A stretch of 64,000 bases of DNA from Candidatus Parvarchaeota archaeon (GTDB lineage: Archaea; Nanobdellota; Nanobdellia; WJKC01): NCBI GenBank assembly GCA_030615175.1, contig JAUWZX010000001.1:126566-190565 (forward strand), given 5' to 3'. Each line of letters starts with the position of its first letter. Position 1 is the stretch's first letter. The position numbers and the translations under genes were made by a program. This document shows positions 25,895 to 34,743 of this stretch, one piece after another. The notes under the pieces are model-generated. The model ran no database searches. It saw only the letters and a list, made by a program, of their open reading frames with translations, and was not told where the DNA came from.

Positions 25895-26595
25895 ACTTTC
25901 ATTAACTCAAGGCAGTAATGTGCTTTGCCTGGGGCGTACTCAGTTACTTTGCGTTTATTGAGCAGTATTAATCCTTTGTAATTAATTTCATTCATTCTTT
26001 TATCGGTTATGTAGAAGTAAATTATTCCTCCTTTCTTCACTTTCTTTATTGCAGTGTTAAGTGTTTTCTGATTATTCTGTCTTGGAGCGTTCATTATTAT
26101 TTTATCAGCAATTGGCAGTTTCTTTGTTATTTCAAGCGCGTCGCCTTCGTACGCGATTATGTTTTTCACTTTATTAAGTTTAATATTCTCTAACAAATAC
26201 TTTACTGCTTTTGGGTTATGGTCTATTGCAAGGACTTTTAATGCTTTCTTGGCAATTGGTATTGCGTAGGGCCCGACTCCTGAAAACATGTCAATAACAA
26301 TGTCATTTTTCATTGCTTGATTAATTACTCTCTTCCTTTCTGTTTGCAGTCTTGGGCTGAAGTAAGTTTTGTTTAAGTCAATCTTGAATCTGTAATTGTT
26401 CTCTTTGTGTATTGTTTCAGTGGTCTTCTCACCTATCACGTGTTTTACTTTCTTTATCCTGTATGAACTTCTTACTTTTCCACTTCTCTTTACTACTGTT
26501 TTCACGTTCTTGTTTTTTAGTATTTCTTTTGCTGTTTTCTTGGATGCTTTTTCCTTTATTACTGCTATGCTTCCTATTATTTCGAATGTTGTCAT
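25891..26595 (-). CDS. trm5: tRNA (guanine37-N1) methyltransferase Trm5 family
   Basis: TIHKENNYRF, YFSPRLQTER, DMFSGVGPYAI, DHNP, IIMN.P; start at MTTFEIIG (26595, ATGA overlap). Confidence 0.82.
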   Translation of the reverse strand: MTTFEIIGSIAVIKEKASKKTAKEILKNKNVKTVVKRSGKVRSSYRIKKVKHVIGEKTTETIHKENNYRFKIDLNKTYFSPRLQTERKRVINQAMKNDIVIDMFSGVGPYAIPIAKKALKVLAIDHNPKAVKYLLENIKLNKVKNIIAYEGDALEITKKLPIADKIIMNAPRQNNQKTLNTAIKKVKKGGIIYFYITDKRMNEINYKGLILLNKRKVTEYAPGKAHYCLELMKV

Positions 26596-26963
26596 TTTTT
26601 CATGCTCTTGCTTACGAATAATACTCCAATAATTATTGTTATGATACCTATTATTCTTATAGCACTTATTGTTTCGCCTAGGAATTGCCATCCAAAGTAT
26701 GTTACTATGCCGTAGCCTGAGGCTACGAATGGGTATGCGAATGATAATTCAACTTTGCTTAATGCCATAAGCCAGGTGATTGTTGAGATGAAATAAAGCA
26801 GCAATCCAAGGAAGACCATTGGAGTGAATAAGAGCGTGGCTATGCCTATAACGCTTACATCTATTCCTCCTAACGAGTTTACTCCTAACTTTAAGAATAA
26901 TTGCCCGAATGCGCCCATTATAACGCTTGCAATTATTAGTGTTAATGCTTTTTTTGATTTCAT
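26592..26963 (-). CDS. Small DMT/EamA (ArnE/ArnF-like) transporter subunit
   Basis: 4 TM; GQLFLKLG, ALSKVELSFAYP, LGE. Confidence 0.85.
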   Translation of the reverse strand: MKSKKALTLIIASVIMGAFGQLFLKLGVNSLGGIDVSVIGIATLLFTPMVFLGLLLYFISTITWLMALSKVELSFAYPFVASGYGIVTYFGWQFLGETISAIRIIGIITIIIGVLFVSKSMKK

Positions 26964-27316
26964 GAGAATCCCACCATTATTATTCCTGTTATGATTATTG
27001 CAATTCCCATTAACCTGTTCCTTGTTATCTTTTCATTTAGGAATTTCCAGCTTAGGAATGTGACTAGGGCGTAGCCTGCTGCAAAGAAAGGGTACGCGAA
27101 TGATAGTTCTGCATTGCTTAGTGCGTAAAGGTAAATGACTGCTGAGCCGAAGTAAAGTATTAATCCCATCATTATTTTAGGTGTTAAGAACAGGTTGAAT
27201 AATCCTTTGATGCTGAATTTTTTAAGTTTGCCTTTTAATCCTTTTTTGTACAGTATCTGCCCTATTGAGTTTAGCGTCACGCTTAGTAATAATAATCCTA
27301 TTATGAGTATTACCAT
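26960..27316 (-). CDS. Small DMT/EamA (ArnE/ArnF-like) transporter subunit
   Basis: 4 TM; GQILYKKG, ALSNAELSFAYP; tandem paralog of the next gene. Confidence 0.85.
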   Translation of the reverse strand: MVILIIGLLLLSVTLNSIGQILYKKGLKGKLKKFSIKGLFNLFLTPKIMMGLILYFGSAVIYLYALSNAELSFAYPFFAAGYALVTFLSWKFLNEKITRNRLMGIAIIITGIIMVGFS

Positions 27317-27409
27317 TACAACTTAGGAAGACGAGGCGGATTTATAATGATTATTACTTATTAATAATTCCTTAACCCTTTTAAATTAATTATTTGTAAA
27401 AATTCATTA

Positions 27410-28477
27410 ATGAAGGTTTTAATTACTGGTGGTGCCGGTTTCTTGGGCAGCCACTTGGTTGAGCATTACTTGAATAAAGGGCATGAAGTTTACTGCATTG
27501 ACCATTTGGGCAGCGGCAGCAAGTCTAATATGGAATTATTTGAAACTAATGGGAATTACCACTTCTTTGAGCATGATGTTTCAAAACCCCTGCCTTCAAG
27601 TATTCCAAGAGTTGACTTAATTCTTCACTTTGCTTCACGCGCAAGCCCTCCTGATTACCAGGCATACCCTTTTGATACTATTAGTGCGAACACGATTGGA
27701 ACTGAGAATTTATTACAGAGAGCTCTTAAAGACGGCTCCCGTCTTGTTTATGCAAGCACTAGCGAGATTTATGGCAATCCTCCAAGAGAGGTTGAAATTA
27801 ATGACAAGACGTATAAGTTAATACCTTCTCCTGAATGCTTTTTAGGGTTAGTTAATAGTTTTGGCGTGCGCGCTTGTTATGATGAGAGCAAGCGTGCTGG
27901 CGAGGCGTGGGTTTTTGAGTATATAAGGAAAGGGGTTGATGCCCGCGTCGTCAGGATATTCAATACGTTTGGTCCTCGCATGAGGGTTGATGATGGCAGG
28001 GTTGTAACTAACTTCATTAAGCAGGCGATTCATAATAAACCATTAACTATTTATGGTGCTGGCGGGCAGATGAGAAGTTACTGTTATGTTGATGACTTAA
28101 TTAATGGTATTGTAAGGGTTGCTTCATTCGAGTTTGACGATGAATTTGAAAAGAAATTAAGCAGGTATGTTATGGGGAATCAGTTAAAATATCCTGGTGA
28201 TTACTTATTTGATTTCCATAATGAATTAAAGCTTAAACGCGTTTTTAATGTGGGTAATAATATTGAGCATAAGAGCGTTATAGAACTTGCTGACTTAATT
28301 GTTTCATTAACTGGCTCAAAGTCTGAATTAGAATTTCATGAATTGCCAGAGGATGACCCTGTTGACAGGGTTCCTGACACTACTAAGATTAGGTACTTGC
28401 TTGGCTACAAACCCAAGACAACTCTTAGAGAGGGGCTTGAGAGGACAATTAATCACTTTAAGGAAAAAATGAAATGA
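27410..28477 (+). CDS. UDP-glucuronate decarboxylase (UDP-xylose synthase)
   Basis: TGGAGFLGSH, HFASRASPPDY, ASTSEIYG, RACYDESKR, RIFNTFGPRM..DDGRVV.NF, LPEDDP..R.PD. Confidence 0.9.
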   Translation: MKVLITGGAGFLGSHLVEHYLNKGHEVYCIDHLGSGSKSNMELFETNGNYHFFEHDVSKPLPSSIPRVDLILHFASRASPPDYQAYPFDTISANTIGTENLLQRALKDGSRLVYASTSEIYGNPPREVEINDKTYKLIPSPECFLGLVNSFGVRACYDESKRAGEAWVFEYIRKGVDARVVRIFNTFGPRMRVDDGRVVTNFIKQAIHNKPLTIYGAGGQMRSYCYVDDLINGIVRVASFEFDDEFEKKLSRYVMGNQLKYPGDYLFDFHNELKLKRVFNVGNNIEHKSVIELADLIVSLTGSKSELEFHELPEDDPVDRVPDTTKIRYLLGYKPKTTLREGLERTINHFKEKMK

Positions 28478-29937
28478 ATGTTGTTGTCATTGGCACTGGT
28501 TATGTTGGTCATGCTATTGCTTGTTTGGCTGAGAAAGGGCATGATATTACTTTAATGGATATTGATGATAGTAAAGTTAGGATGATTAATGGCGGTGGTC
28601 CTGTAATTGTTGAAGAAGGTCTTGATGAAATAATTGAGCATGGAGTTAAGAATGATTTGATAAGGGCTTGCTTGGTTGATGATGGGCTTGAATACTTTAA
28701 GAGGGCTGATGTCATTTATGTTGCAGTAGGCACTCCTTGCAAGCCTGATGGCTGTATTGACTTGTCGCAGATTAATAGTGTTGCTGAATCCTTGGGTGGA
28801 ATCCTTAAATTTTTTGATAATAGTCCTGTGATTGCTGTTAAGAGTACTGTTCTGCCAGGCACTACTGATGTTTTCGGTTCTTTAATTGAAGAGTGTTCTG
28901 GTTTGAGGAGGGGTAGGGATTTTTATCTTGTTATGAATCCTGAATTCCTTCGTGAGGGGTGCGCTGTTAATGATTTCTTAAAGCCTGACAGCGTTGTTTT
29001 TGGCGGTGATGAGCCGGGCGTCTGTGTTTTGAGGGAGCTTTACTCATGGGCTGATGACAGGATTCATGTTGTTTCTAATATCAGGACTGCTGAGTCAGTT
29101 AAGTATTTTAAGAATGCCTTGCTTGCTACTAAGATTCATTTGGCTAATCAGTTAGCTAATCAGTGCGAGGAGGTTGGTGTTGATTATTATGATGTGAAGC
29201 CTTTTCTTGAGGTGATGGGTGGTGTTGCTCCTAGTTTTTTCCGTAATGGTCCTGGTTTTGGTGGCAGTTGTTTTCCTAAGGATGTTTCTGCTATTAATGA
29301 GCTTGTTAAGTCTTCTCTTCTCAGTGAAGTCTTGGAGTTGAATGAGTTGCAGGCTTTGCGCGTTATTGATTATTCAAGGAGTGCTGGTTATTCTCCGGAG
29401 AATAAGAGGGTGTGTGTTTATGGTTTGGCTTTTAAGCCTTTTACTGGTGATGTCAGGGAGTCTCCTGCTTTGAAATTGATTAAAGTGCTTCATGATAAGT
29501 GTGAATTAACTGTTTATGACCCTGAGGATGAGGCGGTTATTAATGCTAAGAGGGAATTGAATGGCTTGAATGTTAATTATGCCTGTAACTTTAATGAGGC
29601 TGTTTCCTCTTCTGTGCTTCATTATGTCTTGACTGACTGGCCTGTTTTTAAGTGTTTGAAGGATGTTCCTGGGACTGTGTTCTTTACTCACCGGCTTGTG
29701 GAGCCTGATGTTAGTAATTATAAGTATTGTCTTGGCAGTCCATTAGAGAGAGCGGTTGATTATGAGGCAAGGCTTGGAGTGTTTGTTGATTTTGCTGAGA
29801 GAAAGGTTATTAGTGCCAGGAGAGAGTTTGCGCGTGATTTCGAGCAGTACTTTAATTCTATTGGAGTCAGGTTTGAGGAAGTTGTGAGCGTTGTTTGTAT
29901 GGATAATCGTTTAAGTCCTGGTTATCTTCTTGACTAA
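28474..29937 (+). CDS. ugd: UDP-glucose 6-dehydrogenase family protein with C-terminal extension
   Basis: GTGYVG, VGTP, KSTVLPGT, NPEFLREG, GFGGSCFPKD, GLAFKP.TGDVRESP. Confidence 0.9.
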   Translation: MNVVVIGTGYVGHAIACLAEKGHDITLMDIDDSKVRMINGGGPVIVEEGLDEIIEHGVKNDLIRACLVDDGLEYFKRADVIYVAVGTPCKPDGCIDLSQINSVAESLGGILKFFDNSPVIAVKSTVLPGTTDVFGSLIEECSGLRRGRDFYLVMNPEFLREGCAVNDFLKPDSVVFGGDEPGVCVLRELYSWADDRIHVVSNIRTAESVKYFKNALLATKIHLANQLANQCEEVGVDYYDVKPFLEVMGGVAPSFFRNGPGFGGSCFPKDVSAINELVKSSLLSEVLELNELQALRVIDYSRSAGYSPENKRVCVYGLAFKPFTGDVRESPALKLIKVLHDKCELTVYDPEDEAVINAKRELNGLNVNYACNFNEAVSSSVLHYVLTDWPVFKCLKDVPGTVFFTHRLVEPDVSNYKYCLGSPLERAVDYEARLGVFVDFAERKVISARREFARDFEQYFNSIGVRFEEVVSVVCMDNRLSPGYLLD

Positions 29938-30741
29938 TGCCACATCTTCTTTTGTGTGGACGTTAACCCATTCGCCTGAAACAGGGTAGCCGTGCATTAG
30001 TCCTTGCTTTGCCAGTTTTGGGAAAACGTTTTCCTGAAGACTCCAATTAATTTTTCCTGGCGGTATGTAGTCAAATATTTTTTCACTCATGAATCCAACG
30101 AAAGTGTTGGCCAGGAATGTTTTAGGATTGTCAGGTTTTTCATAGTATTCAATTATTTTTTCTCCGCTCATTTCAACTATTCCTTTATTAAAAGGGAAGC
30201 TTGTCTGCGCGTGAATGCCGAAGGTGCATACTGAATTATTTTTTTTGTGGAATTCATAAATCTTTTTTAAGTCAAAATTAAAGAAGTGGTCTGCTAGTAG
30301 TATTAGGAAGTCGCTTTTTATTTCGTTTTTAATTAATTCAAGTGTTTTGGCGGTTCCAAGGCTTTCTTTTTCTTCAACGTAATTAATTGTTGCGTCAATT
30401 TTCTTGCCAGTGCCTAATGTTTCGTAAATTTTTGACAGCACTTCCTGTCTTCCAATGATGTAGAAGTTATGGAATCCTGCTTCCTTTGCCTTGAGTATTG
30501 TGTCTTCTATTAATGTTCTTCTTCCTACTTTTATTAGTGGCCTTATCGTGTTTAATCCTTTTACAATCATTGGTTTAGGGTCTCCTCCTGCAAGTATTAC
30601 TGCGTTCTTCATGCTGGAAACGTATTCTCTTAGTATCCGTTCAACCGCGTCGCTTCTTGAGCGCACGAATAATCCGTCAACTAATCCATCAATCTTTTTA
30701 AGTAATTCTTTGTTAATGCTTAGTGAGATGCGTGCTTTCAT
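29911..30741 (-). CDS. Ribbon-helix-helix (CopG-like) domain fused to a degenerate sugar-phosphate nucleotidyltransferase domain
   Basis: aa 1-42 RISLSINKELLKKID..VD...RSRSDAVERIL (RHH), then AVILAGG, YVEE.E.LGTA, EKP, SLQENVFPKL, W.NV. Confidence 0.82.
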   Translation of the reverse strand: MKARISLSINKELLKKIDGLVDGLFVRSRSDAVERILREYVSSMKNAVILAGGDPKPMIVKGLNTIRPLIKVGRRTLIEDTILKAKEAGFHNFYIIGRQEVLSKIYETLGTGKKIDATINYVEEKESLGTAKTLELIKNEIKSDFLILLADHFFNFDLKKIYEFHKKNNSVCTFGIHAQTSFPFNKGIVEMSGEKIIEYYEKPDNPKTFLANTFVGFMSEKIFDYIPPGKINWSLQENVFPKLAKQGLMHGYPVSGEWVNVHTKEDVALVKKITRT

Positions 30742-30749
30742 TTTATTAA

Positions 30750-30841
30750 GTAATACGCTTTTATTACTTTTTAATACTTTTGGTAATAAAGTTAATACTC
30801 AGGTATTACTTTTTAATACTTTCATTACTCTTAATAAATAC
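30750..30841. promoter_or_regulatory. Phased TA(A/T)TAC operator array in a divergent promoter
   Basis: Hexamers at 30751, 30762, 30772, 30783 (reverse), 30793, 30804, 30814 and 30823 (CATTAC); identical 19-mer tattactttttaatacttt at 30762 and 30804. Confidence 0.7.
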
Positions 30842-30862
30842 TTTTTGTTCAATCTTTTTTAA

Positions 30863-31810
30863 ATGAATGAAGATGTTTCTAGGCAGGTAGTTACTCCTTC
30901 TGTTAGCAAAGGTCCGAGCAGGTTTCCTATTGTTTCTAGGTCGGTAGTTATTCCTGCTGCTGGCAAGGGTTCGCGTATGCTTCCTATTACTGCTATTGTT
31001 CCTAAGGAGGGGACTTTTGTTTTGACTAAGATTAATGGTCATTACAGGAATGATTTTCTTGTTAATCATGTTCTTAATTCCTGTATTGATTGCGGGTTGC
31101 TTGATGTTGTTATTATTGCTGGTTATCAGAAGGGTAGTTTGCAGGATATTGTTTGTATGGTTGGTCCTGAGGAGACTCGTGATGCTGAGTTCGTTGTTCA
31201 GAATCAGAGTTTTGGTTGGGGTTTAGGCAAGGCTGTTGAGGCTGCTGAGAAGGCTGTTAAGCATTATGCTGGTGATGATTTTGTTGTCTGGCTTGGTGAT
31301 AATATTTTTGATAATACTGATTCAATTAAGGATATGATTTATTCTGTTGATGATTATTTTGCCAAGATTCTTGTTTTAAAGACTGATAGGCCTAGTTTTT
31401 ATGGTGTTGTTAAGTTTGACAGTGATTTTAATGGTTCTCATGGTTTAATCACTGATATTTTTGAGAAGCCTGATGTTAATGAGAGGGCTCCTTATGCTGT
31501 TGATGGTTTTTATTATGGTGTTGCTGGTGTTTACGTTTTCAGTAAGAAGATTTTTGATTATTTGAAGCGGGTTGAGCCTGGCAAGGGCGGTGAGTTTCAG
31601 TTAACTGATGCTATTAAGCTTGGTATTGATTGCGGTGAGAGGGTTTGCTGTTATGTTCATGATGGTGAGCGTTATGATTTCGGCACTTGGGTTGATTATA
31701 ATACTTATCAGGCCAGGTTCTGGTCTGAGGTTTATAGTGAGCCTGTATTATTGGACAAGCTTAATGAGGACCAGATGAATTTGATGTTAAAGTTAAAGAG
31801 TGATTTTTAA
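30863..31810 (+). CDS. Sugar-phosphate nucleotidyltransferase (GalU/RmlA-like)
   Basis: VIPAAGKGSRMLPIT..VPKE, GLGKAV, WLGD, YGVV, EKP, GEFQLTDAI, YDFG. Confidence 0.9.
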   Translation: MNEDVSRQVVTPSVSKGPSRFPIVSRSVVIPAAGKGSRMLPITAIVPKEGTFVLTKINGHYRNDFLVNHVLNSCIDCGLLDVVIIAGYQKGSLQDIVCMVGPEETRDAEFVVQNQSFGWGLGKAVEAAEKAVKHYAGDDFVVWLGDNIFDNTDSIKDMIYSVDDYFAKILVLKTDRPSFYGVVKFDSDFNGSHGLITDIFEKPDVNERAPYAVDGFYYGVAGVYVFSKKIFDYLKRVEPGKGGEFQLTDAIKLGIDCGERVCCYVHDGERYDFGTWVDYNTYQARFWSEVYSEPVLLDKLNEDQMNLMLKLKSDF

Positions 31811-32911
31811 GTGAGGGCTTTGGTTACTGGTGGATTAGGATTCATCGGCTCTTTCATTGTTGATGAGTTAGTTAGGAATAAGCATTCTGTGCGCGTGCTT
31901 GATAATTTAGAGCCTCAGGTTCATGCAGGTAAACTGCCTGACTACACTAATCCTGAGGCTGAAGTTATTATTGGCAGTGTTTGTGATTCAAGTGTCTGGT
32001 CCAGAGTGCTTGAGGATGTTGAAGTCATTTTTCATCAGGCTGCGATGGTTGGCATGGGGCAGTCACAGTACTTGATTAATAAGTATGTTGACGTTAACGT
32101 GACTGGTACTGCTAAAATGCTTGATTACTTAGCTAATCATGAGCATAATGTTAAGAAATTGCTTGTTGCTGCAAGTATGTCCTCTTATGGTGAGGGTTTG
32201 TGTAAGTGTTCTAAGTGTGGTTTGGTTGAGCCTCCAATGAGGAGCAATGAACAAATAAATGATAAGAAGTGGGAGTTGCGTTGCCCGACCTGCAACTCCC
32301 AGTTATCATCAATGCCCACGCCTGAGACCAAGAGGCTTGACAGCAGTGCTGTTTATTCTTTAACTAAGAAGTATCAGGAGGAGATGTGTTTGTCTTTTGG
32401 CAAAACGTATGGTATTCCTGTTGTCAGTATGCGTTACTTTAATGCTTATGGTCCTAGGCAGTCATTGTCTAATCCTTATACTGGTGTTGCTGCTTTATTC
32501 ACTAGCAGGTTGAAGAATGGTAATACTCCTTTAGTTTTTGAGGATGGATTGCAGAATCGTGATTTCATTCATGTTGAGGATGTTGCCTGCGCTAATGTTT
32601 TCTTAATGAATCATAATATTAGTGGTGAGGCATTTAATATTGGTACTGGTAATACTGTTTCAATTCTTGACTTGGCTAGGAAACTGGCTCAAGGATTGGG
32701 AGTTGACATTGAGCCTAGAGTTTTAAATCAAGGCAGGCCTGGTGATGTGCGTTACTGTTATGCTGATAATTCTAAATTAAGCAGTCTTGGCTTTTCTTTT
32801 AAGTATCCTGAACTTGATATTGATACACTTATTGACTGGAGCAAGGCGGCTGTAGCAGTTGATAAAAGCGAAAAAGCTTTAAATGAAATGAAGCAAAGAG
32901 GATTATTATGA
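31811..32911 (+). CDS. NAD-dependent epimerase/dehydratase with CxxC...CxxC insertion
   Basis: TGGLGFIGS, AASMSSYGEG, CSKC/CPTC, YSLTK, YFNAYGPRQSLSNPYTGV, RPGDVRYC. Confidence 0.88.
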   Translation: MRALVTGGLGFIGSFIVDELVRNKHSVRVLDNLEPQVHAGKLPDYTNPEAEVIIGSVCDSSVWSRVLEDVEVIFHQAAMVGMGQSQYLINKYVDVNVTGTAKMLDYLANHEHNVKKLLVAASMSSYGEGLCKCSKCGLVEPPMRSNEQINDKKWELRCPTCNSQLSSMPTPETKRLDSSAVYSLTKKYQEEMCLSFGKTYGIPVVSMRYFNAYGPRQSLSNPYTGVAALFTSRLKNGNTPLVFEDGLQNRDFIHVEDVACANVFLMNHNISGEAFNIGTGNTVSILDLARKLAQGLGVDIEPRVLNQGRPGDVRYCYADNSKLSSLGFSFKYPELDIDTLIDWSKAAVAVDKSEKALNEMKQRGLL

Positions 32912-33990
32912 GAATATTAATTGTTGGCGGTGACGGGTTCGTTGCTTTTCATAATACTAAATACTTATTAGAGAGAGGGATTGCTGATGAAATAATATTG
33001 CTTGACAATCAGTCAAGGGCTGGTGGCAGGAATATTAGTTACTTGCAGACAGAGTTTGGCGAGGATAAAGTTATTAATGTTAAGGCTGATATCCGCGACC
33101 TTAGTGAAATAATTCCTTACTTTAAGGATGTTGACCGCGTTTACCATACAGCGGCGCAAGTAACCATGACTAAGAGTTTAGAAAACCCTGTATGGGATTA
33201 TGGAATTAATAGTACTGGGACAATAAATGTTTTGGAAGCAGTTAGGCTTAAGTGTTCTGATGCGCCAGTAATTTACTGTTCAACTAATAAGGTTTACGGC
33301 GACATTATCAAGGTTGATGCTCATAGGAAATTTAATAATAGTGACTACGTTGTGAGGAATAATAAGTATACTTATTCTGATGAGTTAATTGAAGGCATTA
33401 CTGAAAATGGCTTTCATGTTGGACCTGAAGCAGCTAATTGTCCTTACGGCACTTCTAAAATGATGGGTGAATTGTCTATGAGGAATTACTTTGATTCTTA
33501 TGGCATTAAGACTGTTAGGGCGCGCATGAGTTGTATTTATGGGACTCACCAGTACGGGTGCGAGGATCAAGGCTGGCTTTCATGGTTTACTATTAGAACA
33601 CTTCTTGATGAACCAATAACTATTTTTGGTGATGGCATGCAGGTGCGTGATGTTTTATACGGCAGCGACCATGCAAGAGCTTTTGATTTAATGGCGGCAA
33701 CGCCTAAGTGTTATGGCGGGGCGTTTAATCTTGGTGGAGGTCATGATAATACTTTATCACTTCTTGAATTATTGGATTTGATTGAGCAATTCACTGGCAA
33801 GCGAACAGACATTAAGTACTCTGACTGGCGCCACGGCGACCAAAGAGTGTATATTAGTGACATTATGAAATTGAAGGAATATACTGGCTGGGAGCCTGAA
33901 GTTTCTGTTCATGATGGTGTTAAGAAATTAATTGACTGGACTGCTGGTAATATTAAGGAAATCAAGAAAGTCATTTCTGAGTCTTCTTAA
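32908..33990 (+). CDS. CDP-paratose 2-epimerase (RfbE)-like extended SDR
   Basis: HTAAQV.MTKS..NP..D, STNKVYG, PYGTSK, RMSCIYG.HQYG.EDQGW, GDG.QVRDVL, WRHGDQ. Confidence 0.85.
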   Translation: MRILIVGGDGFVAFHNTKYLLERGIADEIILLDNQSRAGGRNISYLQTEFGEDKVINVKADIRDLSEIIPYFKDVDRVYHTAAQVTMTKSLENPVWDYGINSTGTINVLEAVRLKCSDAPVIYCSTNKVYGDIIKVDAHRKFNNSDYVVRNNKYTYSDELIEGITENGFHVGPEAANCPYGTSKMMGELSMRNYFDSYGIKTVRARMSCIYGTHQYGCEDQGWLSWFTIRTLLDEPITIFGDGMQVRDVLYGSDHARAFDLMAATPKCYGGAFNLGGGHDNTLSLLELLDLIEQFTGKRTDIKYSDWRHGDQRVYISDIMKLKEYTGWEPEVSVHDGVKKLIDWTAGNIKEIKKVISESS

Positions 33991-34684
33991 GATACAATTT
34001 GTATAGTTTCCATAAGCGCTTTAAGTATTTTATTCCTCCTTTGATTATGCCGCCGAATTTGGGTTTTCCTTTCTTCCTTCTGTACCAGTTATTCGGTATT
34101 TCAGTGAATTTATAGCCTTTAATCCATGCTTTTAATGGTACTTCTATTGTTATGTCAAATCCTTGTGATTCAAATTCTTCTTTCTTTATTACTTCTTTCT
34201 TGTACATCTTGAATGCATTGGATATGTCTTTGTATGGCATTTTGAACATGAATGCTAGTAAGTTATTGAATGCCCTGTTAGCGAGTAATTTCGTTATTGG
34301 GTAGCCGGTTACTTTTGATTTCTTTGTGAACCGGTTTCCTGTTATCACGTCGTAGCCTTGTTTTGCTTTTCTTAGCATTTTCACTAAGTCTTTTGGGTCG
34401 TCTGATGAGTCTGCCATTACTAATGCTATGTAGTCGCCTGTTGCTTTCTTGTAGCCTGCTTTTACTGCTTTCCCAAATCCTCTTTCGCCTTTCCTGTGAA
34501 CTGTTTTAATCCTTTTATCGTTTCTTGCCAGTTCATTAATTATTTTTCCTGTATTGTCAGTTGAGCAGTCATTAACCAGTATTAATTCGTAGTTTTCATT
34601 CTTTAATGCTTTGCTTACTGATTTTGCGCATTTCTTAATATTTCCTTCTTCATTATTCCCTGGGATAACAACTGATAGTTTCAT
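33971..34684 (-). CDS. GT2 polyprenol-phosphate glycosyltransferase
   Basis: SVVIPGNNEE, VNDCSTD, GFGKAV..G, MADSSDDP, DISNAFK. Confidence 0.87.
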   Translation of the reverse strand: MKLSVVIPGNNEEGNIKKCAKSVSKALKNENYELILVNDCSTDNTGKIINELARNDKRIKTVHRKGERGFGKAVKAGYKKATGDYIALVMADSSDDPKDLVKMLRKAKQGYDVITGNRFTKKSKVTGYPITKLLANRAFNNLLAFMFKMPYKDISNAFKMYKKEVIKKEEFESQGFDITIEVPLKAWIKGYKFTEIPNNWYRRKKGKPKFGGIIKGGIKYLKRLWKLYKLYLKKTQK

Positions 34685-34743
34685 GGTGCTATCTTTGATT
34701 TAGGAAATGTTTATAAAATTAGCGAATAATAAAATTCTTTGAT

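Noticed and set aside
30806..31069. 87-aa Asn/Arg-rich minus-strand ORF
   Set aside because: Antisense to the nucleotidyltransferase; a low-complexity product of the T-rich plus strand
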